DNA from: Eledone cirrhosa | Lineage: Eukaryota | Length of the DNA stretch: 64,000 nucleotides | Reading direction: 5' to 3' | Assembly: GCA_964016885.1 (NCBI GenBank) | Contig: OZ024743.1 | Span: 84,010,001-84,074,000 of the forward strand | Part shown: piece by piece, positions 41,551 to 53,519 of the stretch | How positions within the stretch are numbered: position 1 is the stretch's first letter | Layout of the letters: every line of letters begins with the position of its first letter | Notes under the pieces: model-generated | The model's input: only the letters and a program-made list of their open reading frames with translations | The model's database searches: none | Told to the model about the DNA's origin: nothing | Position numbers and translations under genes: made by a program

Positions 41551-43880
41551 TATCATCATCATCATTATCACTGTTTTATGTCCATTCTTTCACGCTAGCA
41601 TGGGTTAGACGAGTTGTCCTGTTGTGGGCAATGCCAGGTCAGGTGTCTTGCTCATACAGAACTGATTTTACCTTGGTTTCTACAGCTGGATGTCCTTCCT
41701 AGTGCCAACCTCATTTACAGTGAGTACTGGGTGCTTTTTACCATACACAACCACTTTACAGTGTGGGCTGGGTGTTTTTTTTTCGTGACACCTACCCGAC
41801 CACTTTACAGTGGGAAGGGGGTTGGGACATACTGTCTATATGTTTCAGCTTCGGCTTGTACCCATGGGGAGGGGTGGGGGCATACTGTCTATATGCTTTA
41901 GCTTCAGCTTGTACCCGTGGAAAATCGGGTCTTCTGTATTATTGTGTAACGCCAGAGATGTCGGTTCTGTGTCATCGCTTTTGAGAGGTGCAATTGGGCA
42001 AGATCTGCTTTTATCACCTCATCCCAGGTCTTCTTGGGTCTCCCCACTCCAAGGTTTCCATCGACTTTGAGCGCTCTGCACCTTTTTTTATGCAACTGTC
42101 ATCCTTTATATGCATCACATGTCCATACCAACGCAACCCCCTCTCCTGCACACAGGATTTGATTCCTCTTATGCCCAGTCTCTCTCTCATTCGTTTATGA
42201 TTTGCCATTCACGTATATTACTATTACACATCCATCGGAGCATGCAAGCTCCATTTATTTCTAATCTACGCAAGTCTTCTGTACACAACACCCAGGTCTC
42301 ACTACCATGCAACATTGCTCTTTGTATACACGCATCATACAGTCTGCCTTTCATTTTGAGGGAAAAACCTTTTGCAGCTAGCAGTGGTAGTAGCTACCTG
42401 AACTTCTTCCATCCTGTTCTTACTCTGGTTATTGTACTTTCAGAACTCCCACCTCCACTGCTAATTTGGTCACCTAGGTAGCAGAAGCTGTCTACAGTTT
42501 CTACAGATCTCTCCCAGAATTTGGTAGCATTTGCTTGCTGTGGTCGTTTGCTGTTTAGTGTTAAAGTGCGCTGCTACATGTAAAGCCTACATTTTTAACT
42601 AAATTTCCTGAGATCCCATTACAACTCTTGTGTGCCCATAGTTTGCATTTGGGGCAGAGGATGGAAATTCTACCTACACCTTTCCTACATACTGAGCAAG
42701 GTCATTTCCCTGAGCGGATATGGGTTCTGTTTTCTCTTCTATTTATGAGAACCTTAGTCTTTGTCAGGTTGACTTTGAGACCCCTTCTTTCTAGGCACAG
42801 TTTCCATGTTTGGAATTTCTTCTCTAGTTCCACCATAGATTCAGCTATAAATGTAAGATCATCCGCGTACAGAAGTTCCCATGGGCATCCGGTCTTAAAC
42901 TGCTCTATTATAACCTGCAATATGATAATAAACAGAGCCCTGCTGGACACAAACCTGTATGTTAAATTCCTCGTTATAGTCATTGTTAACCCTAACTTTG
43001 CTCACTGCTCCCCTACACATGGTTTGTACAGCCTTCACAAGCCACTTATCCACTCCTAGTTTCCTAATAGCCCACCAAATTATAGCATGGGGCACTCTGT
43101 CGAAGGCTTTTTTCAGATCGACAAATGCCAAGTAGAGTGGCTTACTTTTAGCTAGGTACTTTTCCTGTAACTGCCTCACAAGGAAGAAAGTATCAGTGGT
43201 GCCTTTTCCTGGTACAAACCTAAACTGCATCTCATCTAGTTTTACCCAGTCCCTAATCAGCTGTGCTATAACTCTTTCTGTTACTTTCATGACCTGGTCC
43301 ATCAGCTTTATACCTCTATACTTTCCTCTATCTAGTGCATCTCCTTTACCCTTGTAGCAGTTGACATCTAGTATTACTTGGTTTACAATACGTGTAGTTA
43401 TGGTGTGACCTACCGACCCAGGCAGCTATACCCGATGGACCGGTTGCTTTCCTAGTTGGGGTAGGGTCTCCTCCTCCCATGCATTCTCCTCATTCAGTAA
43501 TCTTTCATAATGGCTCTTCTAAGCAGCTCTCTTCTCAGTACTTGTGAGGGCAAGCGCATCATTATCATCCAAGACACAATTCTCACCAATGACCTCACAA
43601 TTTTCTCTCACATGCTGCTTCACAACCCTGAACACCTGTTTCTGGTCCTCATGCTGCAAAACAGGCTTGAATTTTTTATTCTCTGCTTCCATTCTAGCTA
43701 AGTATACTTGTCGTCTAGCTTCCCTTCTGTCTCTAAGTAATGTACCCTGCTCTCCCTGTTCTCCCATTCATTCCATGCCTGTCTCTTGGCCTTAACTGCC
43801 TCATCTACCTTATTGTTCCACCACCAAGTCACTCTCCTTCACCCTGTAGTCTTGCTCCAGCCACAAACCTCAAGTGCAGT
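41551..43880 (-). mobile_element. Degenerate RTE LINE
   Basis: ORF fragments 42895-43302 (FVDLKKAFDRVP), 42702-42983 (YADD), 43519-43767. GAT tail. Confidence 0.88.
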
Positions 43881-43884
43881 AGGT

Positions 43885-44376
43885 AGCAAGGTGCCCAGAT
43901 GGTTCTATAGAAATAGTAGATACTTTCTGTTACCTGGGTGGCAAAATCAGCAGTGGTGTTCTGAAAGTACTGTAGCCAGAGTAAGAACCGGATGGAAAAA
44001 GGTCAGAGAGCTAATACTGCAGTTGGCCACAAAAGGTTTCTCTCTAAAAATGAAAGGCAGATTGTATGATGCTTGTATACGAACAGCAATGTTATATGGT
44101 AGTGAGACATGGGCATTGTGTGCAGAGGACCTGCGCAGATTGGAAAGGAACGAAGCATGCATCCTCCGATGGATGTGTAATTGTAATATACACGAATGGC
44201 AAAGCATAAACAAACTAAGTGAGAAATTAGGCATAAGTGGGATCAGATGCAGTTTACTAGAGAGGAGATTGCGTTGGTATGGTCATGTGATATGTATGAA
44301 GGACAAGTGGAGAGATGCTGTGCTGAATAGGACCCGTCCCACCCTTGCAAGCAGCGAAAAGCGGACGTAAAATGAT
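43885..44376 (+). mobile_element. RTE 3' fragment, opposite orientation
   Basis: [24 protein letters not shown] in ORF 43786-44370. Confidence 0.85.
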
Positions 44377-44984
44377 ATATATATATATATATATATACAC
44401 TGTTGGTTGCTGATGTGTATTGAATTATGATGACAGACTTGTCGAGCACGAAATTAACCAGGTTCTTGTTTGAGAAAATGTATCGTTGCAGGTTTTACCA
44501 TTGCCCCTCAGGTGAAGGGGCCTTACTATCATGGAACGGGAATATTGTGATGGAACCCGACTTTTCCCCTCCCCCTCGGTCTAGCCCCGCAGGTACAGTC
44601 GAGTCCGCTTAAGAGTATACCATCGGGAATGGAAAATAGTATACTCTTAACCGGACTAAGTAAAAATATTCCATAGTATTATTATTTTGAGTCTTTCAAT
44701 GATTAATAATCGCTTTATTATCGTTTAAAATGCAAGTCAACAAAACTCTCTTGCAACATTGTAGAGTGAATGTAAAATTTTATAAGCTTCAACTTTGAGA
44801 AACTACTCTCACCATTTTCCATCGATACTGGAAGTGTGAAAAGGATCCTCAATGCAATAGCATCATTTGAGTGATATAAAAAATGTTCCCGATTTTAGAA
44901 TTATTCCAGTTTATCATTTTTCCGAACTTACAAGGAAAAAATACGTATATACGTATATACGTATACACATATTTAGAGGTAATA

Positions 44985-45111
44985 TCACGTGAACACAATC
45001 ACGTGACAAATCACATTATTCTTTCAAAAGGAAACGTTTGGCGCCATTTTTCTCCAGAGAACGCAGGAGAAATGAAGAAACAGTAAATCGAAAGATAAGA
45101 AAACGGTAAGT
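44985..45111 (+). promoter_or_regulatory. Putative promoter and first non-coding exon
   Basis: Two TCACGTGA E-boxes (44985-44992, 44999-45006), YY1-type CGCCATTTT (45042-45050), consensus donor ACG|GTAAGT at 45105/45106, all in unique sequence. Confidence 0.5.
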
Positions 45112-45297
45112 AATATCAAATAATTATTAAAAACGTTACAGAAGTTGCATTACACGGATAATTAAGTTTCATACATACATATATATGTGTGTATGTATGT
45201 ATATATGTGTATTTTATCTGATGAAAGCGGTGGCCCATGAAATATGTATAAAATAAATAGGGTTTTATAAATATAGTTTCCATTTATTAATATATTG

Positions 45298-45328
<31 letters not shown>

Positions 45329-45488
45329 GTATGTAAAAAAAAAATGATCAGCAATTAAATGTATTAAACTTCTGTAATACATTTGAAAATTTACATTGAG
45401 CCTTTTCTCCTTCCGGCTAGTACTTAGTACTACCATCCATATTTATAATCATATATAAGAATAAATATTATTATTATTACTATGTATG

Positions 45489-45525
<37 letters not shown>

Positions 45526-45555
45526 AGATCAAAAGATGGTTAAAAGAGTTCCATG

Positions 45556-45626
45556 TATTTTATTATGCGCATTTCAAAAACAAATATCATCATGCGATAA
45601 CATTTGCGTTTTCGTCAGATAAAATA
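45556..45626 (-). ncRNA. Type I hammerhead (mirror copy)
   Basis: Reverse complement of 47217-47287 with one substitution. Confidence 0.75.
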
Positions 45627-46110
45627 GGGAGACGTGATATGAAGGTTAAAAAACACTTGTGAATAGTGCAGTTTTAAATCAACATATGAAAAGTAATTTA
45701 AGATTGATATGTGATATTGGGAAAAAAATGAGGGGGGTTGGAAAGGATGAAAAAGAGGAGGAGATGAGAATAAAGAATGGTGGGGGATAGAGAGAGAGAG
45801 AGATAGCTTTTATAACTGAGAAAAATATATTGTTTTACAGAGAGAGGTTAAAAAGCCGTTGGAAGATAATATATAAATTAAAAGAATTTGAAAATTAATG
45901 AAGAGGAAAAATTAAGAATAATGTTAAATTAAAGTTTGTATATTGAAGGGTTTAATAATATGTGCGATGAAAAGAAATTGTTAATATGTATTAAGAATAA
46001 TATTAAATTAAGGTTTGAATATTGAAGGGTTTAATAATATGTGCGATGGAAAGAAATTGTTGATATGTATTAAGAATAATATTAAATTAAGCTTTGAATA
46101 TTTCTTTGAA

Positions 46111-46888
46111 TTTCTTTTCATCGCACATATTATTAAACCCTTCAATATACAAACCTTAATTTAATATTATTCTTAATACATATTAACAATTTCTTTTCAT
46201 CGCACATATTATTAAACCCTTCAATATCCAAACCTTAAATTAATATTATTCTTAATACATATTAACAATTTCTTTTCATCGCACATATTATTAAACCCTT
46301 CAATATACAAACCTTAATTTAATATTATTCTTAATACATATTAACAATTTCTTTTCATCGCACATATTATTAAACCCTTCAATATCCAAACCTTAAATTA
46401 ATATTATTCTTAATACATATTAACAATTTCTTTTCATCGCACATATTATTAAACCCTTCAATATACAAACCTTAATTTAATATTATTCTTAATACATATT
46501 AACAATTTCTTTTCATCGCACATATTATTAAACCCTTCAATATACAAACCTTAATTTAATATTATTCTTAATACATATTAACAATTTCTTTTCATCGCAC
46601 ATATTATTAAACCCTTCAATATACAAACCTTAATTTAATATTATTCTTAATACATATTAACAATTTCTTTTCATCGCACATATTATTAAACCCTTCAATA
46701 TACAAACCTTAATTTAACATTATTCTTAATACATATTAACAATTTTTTTTCATCGCACATATTATTAAACCCTTCAATATACAAACCTTAATTTAACATT
46801 ATTCTTAATACATATTAACAATTTCTTTTCATCGCACATATTATTAAACCCTTCAATATACAAACCTTAATTTAACATTATTCTTAAT
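46111..46888. repeat. 79-bp tandem satellite, ~10 copies (~2.4 inverted copies at 45912-46100)
   Basis: Unit TTCTTTTCATCGCACATATTATTAAACCCTTCAATATACAAACCTTAATTTAATATTATTCTTAATACATATTAACAAT. Confidence 0.92.
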
Positions 46889-47216
46889 TTTTTCTTTTCA
46901 TTAATTTCCAAATCCTTTTAATTTATATATTATCTTCCAACGGCTTTTTAACCTCTCTCTGTAAAACAATATATTTTTCTCAGTTATAAAACCTATCTCT
47001 CTCTTTCTATCACCCATCTCTCCTATCTCATCCTTCCTTATTATACTCCTCCCCCCACCATTCTTTACTCTCATCTCCTCCTCTTTTTCATCCTTTCCAC
47101 CCCCACCCCCCTCATTTGTTCCCCAATATCACATATCAATCTTAAATTACTTTTCATATGTTGATTTAAAACTGCACTATTCACAAGTGTTTTTTAACCT
47201 TCATATCATGTCTCCC

Positions 47217-47287
47217 TATTTTATCTGACGAAAACGCAAATGTCATCGCATGATGATATTTGTTTTTGAAATGCGCATAATAAAATA
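47217..47287 (+). ncRNA. Type I hammerhead ribozyme
   Basis: TATTTTAT-CTGACGA-aaacgCAAATGTCATC.gcat.GATGATATTTGttttt-GAAA-TGCGCA-TA-ATAAAATA. 8-bp helix I, palindromic helix III ATGCGCAT, AUA triplet. Confidence 0.78.
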
Positions 47288-47406
47288 CATGGAACTCTTT
47301 TAACCATCTTTTGATCTTATTATTTATACTCCAGTCCTACAAACTGTAGAGTGCTACTTATCCGATATCTGCATTGCTTTATTGTACTACAATAAAACTC
47401 ACCTCC

Positions 47407-47464
<58 letters not shown>

Positions 47465-47510
47465 AATGACATATGTCTTCGAAATAAGTATAATAAAATA
47501 AATATTATAT

Positions 47511-47592
<82 letters not shown>

Positions 47593-48674
47593 TATAGAGA
47601 AAAATACTGCAGGTAGCACATGGTAACATGTAATAAAATACGTCCCTCATCAGTGATTTGCCGAAGATCATAGATATTTCATTGCATTAAAAATCATATA
47701 TCTCACTTCGGTGCAATAATAACCAAAATAAGTTATTAGGACAATTAAAACGCGTAAAGCGAGTGAGACAGGAGAACAACAGAAAATATAGCATACCGTG
47801 GGAGAGAAACAAGCTTCAAAATATATATATATATGTGTGTGTGTGTATATAATATTTATTTTATTATACTTATTTCGAAGACATATGTCATTTGTATAAT
47901 ATCTGCCCTACGTGTTTTCTTCCGACAAAAATCCATGCAAGATGTAAATATCCATTCATATGAGATATTCGTTGATATCCGTTGATATGAGAACACGTAG
48001 GGCAGATGTTATACAAATGAAATGGGCAAATGATACCGTCTTTCTTGTTTATTATTATAACCCGCCGAGGTTAACTTGCCTTTCATCCTTATGGGGTCGA
48101 TAAAATAAAGTACCAGTAATACACTGGTGAATTGCTGGTCTTGTGCCAAAGTAGAAACAATTAGTATAATAAAACTCCGGATAAATATAAACTGTTGAGT
48201 GTTTGTCATCTCTTATGAAATAGTCGGCAGATTTTCAATCAACGAACTTTCCTTAGTTGAAGAAATATATGTATGTATATATATACGTATATTTTCTTTA
48301 ATATTGCAACATTAAAGGAATATATCCTTCTGAAAAAATCGCGAGCAATTTATAATGTTATTTAAGCATTGGTAATGATATTTATGTATATATTTAAAAC
48401 ATATTTGCTATGTTATTCTACTGTAAATATATTTATATGCTTTGTATATATTATATATACACAAATAATGAATCTGTATATTAAAACATCGTTTGTATTA
48501 TTCAATCAGTTTATTGAACAACTAGAATGCTCATCGTCAAGTACTTTATACATATATATATATATATATATATGTGTTTGTGTATGTATGAATCTATATA
48601 TATGTATGTATATCTATATATATGTGTGTGTGTGTGTATGTATATATGTGTGTATGTATATATGTGTGTGTGTG

Positions 48675-48735
<61 letters not shown>

Positions 48736-48948
48736 ATGTATATATATATATATGAAGATAAATTAACGGAGCCATAGAGTCGCGTTATCCCTGTAAATTA
48801 TGTGCTCAAAGGCAAAGGAATCCTATACATATTGTATATGTATATATATATGCATGTATATGTGTATTTGTATATATGTATATGTGTGTATGTATGTATA
48901 TATATGAATGTATATATATATATATATGTATTTGTATATGTGTGTATG

Positions 48949-48979
<31 letters not shown>

Positions 48980-49098
48980 GTATTTGTATATGTGTGTATG
49001 TATATATATATATATATATATATATGCATGTGTATATATATATATATATAGATGTAATCTGAATAGTATGGTAGAATATTAAGTGTTAAATGTTAATT

Positions 49099-49135
49099 GA
49101 ACAAGTACTTTCATGCTTTCGCAATCTTCGGGTTC
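49099..49135 (-). ncRNA. Minimal hammerhead (U4>C variant) in the PLE 3' repeat
   Basis: GAAC-CCGAAGA-tTGC.gaaa.GCAt-GAAA-GTAC-TT-GTTC. Confidence 0.55.
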
Positions 49136-50048
49136 ACATTCTGTGGTGACAGTCAACTTTGCAATTTTCAACTGTAATGAGATGGGTAAATGTTGTGCCT
49201 TATATACAGTGAAAAGCGGCTACAGAATGTTAAAATTTGCAAACTGTATTTCGACCAATTGGTGTGTAGTTTCACTGGATTACTGAAGCTGATTGGTTTA
49301 GGCGTCATAGTTGGTTGAGCATGTCTAACGACTTCTATTTGGCTCTATCCAAAGCATCAATATTTAGAAATGATGTAAATAGCATTTTCTAGGGTTTTTA
49401 TACCCCTAAGAATTATAATTGTTCATTTAGCTTGGGTTGGAATTTATCAATAAAATTCTTTTCTTTGATTTTTCTCTTGATTTCACTTGGCCTGTGTAAT
49501 TTGTAGAATGGAAATATAAATATTTTCTGACCACATGTTGCTAGATGGTTACTCAGGGGTATCTGACAGACATTTGGGTCTCTGATTTGCTGTCGGTGCA
49601 CCCGTACACGTTCCGATAGTGCATTTCCAGTTTGACCGACATATAGTTCTTCACAATTCGGGCATTTAATGCAATAAATTAGATTTCTGCTTTTGCAGTT
49701 CATATTTGCATTTGGGAATATTTTTCAAAATTCCAACCCAAACTAAATGAACAATAATAATTCTTAGGAGTAAAAAAAACCCTAGAAAATGCTATTTTCA
49801 TCATTTCTAAAAATAGCAAAACAATTGATGCTTTGAATAGGGCCAAATAGAAGTTGTTAGGCATGCCCAACCAACCGTGATGTCTAAACCAATCAGCTTC
49901 AGTAATCCAGTGAAACTACACACCGATTGGTCGAAATACAGTTACAAAATTTAGCATTCTGTAGCCGCTTTTCACTGTATATAAGGCACAAAATTTACCC
50001 ATCTCATTACAGTTGAAAATTGTAAACTTGACTGTCACCACAGAATAT

Positions 50049-50085
50049 GAACCTGAAGATTGCGAAAGTATGAAATTACTTGTTC
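50049..50085 (+). ncRNA. Minimal hammerhead (intact CUGAAGA, helix III mismatch)
   Basis: GAAC-CTGAAGA-ttgcgaaagtat-GAAA-TTAC-TT-GTTC. The consensus of both arms restores CUGAAGA and palindromic helix III AGTACT. Confidence 0.6.
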
Positions 50086-50251
50086 AATTAACACTTAACA
50101 CTTAATATTCTACCATACTATTTCATTCTAATACCATTATAATTTTAAAGGATTGTAAATAAAACGAGTAAATCAGACAAAGTTGGAATTCCTTTTATTA
50201 ATATAATCTTCTATACACAATCATACACACCCGTGTATATTTATTTATATA

Positions 50252-50314
<63 letters not shown>

Positions 50315-50777
50315 CTTTTAAGCTATTTTGTAGTATCTCTGTTCAGGAACACACCACTTATATTAAATTTATCTCCCTGGAGCTTTGTAAAAGTCTGAGA
50401 GATTGGCTACAAATATGTTTTATATATATTTTTTTTTGGTTTAGATGGAAGACAAAACAAAGAAGATGAATACAAAGATGAAGAAGAGAAAGATAAAGAT
50501 GAAGAACCTCACTGCACCGCACTGCACAACACCACACTGCACTGCACCACACCACATCGCAGTGCACCGCACGATATCACACCACACTTCACCACACCCC
50601 ATAAAAACATACAACACTACACCACACTACTCCACACCACATAACACCACAACACAACACACCACTCCTCACTACTCCACTCCACATAAAAACACACCAC
50701 ACTACTCCACTCCACATAAAAACACACCACTCCTCACTACATCACACCACACTACTCCACACCACATAACACCCAAA

Positions 50778-51964
50778 AATTTTTCATCATCTTTTTTTCA
50801 TGTGTTATCAACTAATCCGAACTCCAAGATGTTTGTTATTGACTCTCTCTTCATGGAAAACTTAGGTGGATGCACTCTTCTCATTTAACCCCATAGTTTT
50901 CTCATGTTATCAACGAATATGACCTCCAAACCAGTTGGAAATGATTAGTTGTTCTAGGAAAAAGGAGGGTTAAAGCAGGTGGAAAAACCATTGTCGTTTT
51001 GTAGATATATACCCTAATGATTTTTCTTCGGTCTCCTTTTCAGTGCTATCAACTAATCTGACCTTTTAGTTGCTCTGAATGAATTTTTTTTTTCTGGGAT
51101 TTGGAAACTTAATTAAACATAAAATTAAATCTAGCTCCAACTCTAAACTCTAAATCTAAACCAAACCAAGCTAAATCTAAATATAAACATTACCCCAACC
51201 CTTAAACTAAACCCTAAACTATACCCCAACCATAAAACTAAACCCTAAACATTACCCCAACCCTAAAACTAAACCCTAAACTTTACCCCAAACCTAAAGC
51301 TAAACCCTAAACTTTACCCCAAACCTAAAACTAAACTCTAAACTTTACCCCAATCCTAAAACTAGACCCTAAACATTACCCCAACCCTAAAACTAAACCC
51401 TAAACTTTACCCCAAACCTAAAGCTAAACCCTAAACTTTACCCCAAACCTAAAGCTAAACCCTAAACGTTACCCCAAACCTAAAGCTAAACCCTAAACTT
51501 TACCCCAACCCTAAAACTAAACCCTAAACATTACCCTAAACCTAACCCAGGGAAATAAGTTGATTGGAAGCATCTAGGAGGTCAGATTAATTAATAGCAT
51601 AGGAAATAGCATAGGAAATAGCATAGGAAATAGCATAGGAAATAGCACAGGAAATTAATAGCACAGGAAATATACCGAAAATGATTAAGTCCCACAACAT
51701 GTGAGTGGGGTGTAGATCTGCAAAACTCTTCCCCTCTCCCTCTCCTCTTTCTCCAAAGCTAGTTGTTTTTGACTAGTTTGGAAGTCATATTCACTGATAA
51801 CGCATGAAAATAGAATCAAAGAGAAAATTCCGAGTAAGCAGGGGTTATCCGGGTGAAGGGGGAACCACCTCACCCTGCCATTTTCCTGGGGGGAGAAAGT
51901 CAGTTTCAAGCATCTTGGAGATTGGATTAGTTGATAACACATGAAAAATTGGATGAAAAAATTT
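50778..51964. mobile_element. Fold-back/MITE-like element with telomere-like 31-bp core, within (CACAC)n
   Basis: TTTTTCATGTGTTATCAACTAATCC..CTCCAAGATG at ~50793 is the inverse of CATCTTGGAG..GGATTAGTTGATAACACATGAAAAA at ~51911-51948. Core (AAACCCTAAACTTTACCCCAAACCTAAAGCT)n at ~51190-51548. Confidence 0.55.
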
Positions 51965-53519
51965 CACATCACATCACACCACATCACATCTCGACTCGTC
52001 TCGTCTCGCCTCATTTCACCACGCAACGCCACATTTCATCACATCACATCACATTTCACCATGCCACGCCACATTTCACCACGCCACATCACATCACATG
52101 CCATCACACCACATGCTACCATTCTACATCCCACCACACTCCACTACACCATATCCCCCACCCTACATTGAACCACACTCCACTACACCACACCACTGTC
52201 CACTACACTAAACTACACTCCACACCACTGTCTATTTGACTGTTTTCTATTTCGTAGGTATGTCCAGTTACAGTATGAGAAAGAAAGTTATTTCAAAGGA
52301 TCTGAGTAAGTAAACACTTCATTGGCCATCATTTTAAGCAGAATCTCAGTGTAGTTTTAAATTGACCTTTTCATATGATTACACCTCAGTCTTAACTTAA
52401 TCACCTGTAGATGGATGCTACATGTAATGTTAAAATTAGTTAAACACTGTTTTTCCCTTCTTATCACAATGTGGATGCTACATGTGTATTGTTAACATTA
52501 ATCTAACGTTGTGTGTGTGTGTGTGTGTGTGTGTGTCCGCCTCACCATATACCATACCACACCACATCACACCATGTTGTACCACACCAGACCACATAAC
52601 ACCATGCTATACCATATATATATATATATATATATATGAGCTCCCCACTCGTTATATTAACTGTATCTCCTCGGTGTTTCGTGAAAGTCTGAGAGATCAG
52701 CTATATATTTGTTTACAATTTTTTTTATATTTAGATGGAAAAGAAGAAAAAGACGACAAAGCAGACGACTAAAATGAAAATGACAACAAAGACAAAGAAA
52801 ACACGGGAAACGAAGATGACGAAAAGAAGAAGAAAGTATGATCTTAGTTCAGTCTAAACCTAATGATTTATAGATATGATCTTAGTTCAGCCTTAACCTA
52901 ATGACCTGTAGAAACGATCTATTTTGGTTTAACTTCAACAAAAGTATATACAAATATCTTTGAATGTTTAAGTTTGACATTGTTTTTTAGTTATGAAATA
53001 GCTTATAAGCTACATTATAGGATCACAGTGCATTAACTTTATCTCCTCAGCACTTTGTAAAGTCTGAGAGATAGGCAACATATATGTTTTACATTCTTTG
53101 TTTTTGGTATTTAGATGGCAGAGGAGAAGATAAAGGCATAGAAGAAGTCAAAGGCACAGAAGAAGTCAAAGGCACAGAAGAAGTCAAAGGCACAGAAGAA
53201 GACAAAGAAAATGATTATTATATTATTACTATTATTATTGTTATTATTATTTGTATTATTATAATCAGACTAAGCCACACTACATCAACCTATACCATAC
53301 CACACCACACTGACAAACATTATACCATACCACATTATCCAACACCACACTACGAAACACTGTACAACCACACATCAGACCATGCTATGAAACAATATAC
53401 CATACTACACTATACAACAATAGACAACACCACACAAGACTATGAATCACTATACTTTACCACACTATATCACACCACTCAAGTTAGAGAGGATCAACTT
53501 TTTTCCTGGAAAGTAGAAA

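Larger units (their letters stand above)
45523..47410. mobile_element. Fold-back Penelope-like terminus with internal 79-bp satellite
   Basis: Inverted arms 45523-~46100 and ~46110-47320, a hammerhead in each arm, a ~90-bp one-sided tail and (TA)n flanks. Confidence 0.72.
49062..50122 (-). mobile_element. Penelope-like element, 5'-truncated: GIY-YIG endonuclease C-terminus with inverted terminal repeat
   Basis: ORF 49413-49703 CKSRNLIYCIKCPNCEELYVGQT..L.ER..H..H..E..I......LN is a PLE GIY-YIG with Cys/His motif. Arms 49062-~49445 and ~49730-50122 are inverted. Confidence 0.9.

Noticed and set aside
44594-44660. Hairpin AGTCCGCTTAAGAGTATAC...GTATACTCTTAACCGGACT as a miRNA or terminator
   Set aside because: It starts with TA|CAGTCGA like a Tc1/mariner-type MITE end, and nothing supports an RNA gene.
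45210-45255. TTTTAT-CTGATGA...GAAA-TATGT-ATAAAATA hammerhead-like string
   Set aside because: Helix II does not pair and the NUH register is broken. At best a decayed copy.
47640-47690. Type II hammerhead on the minus strand
   Set aside because: Helix I is possible, but helices II and III do not pair.
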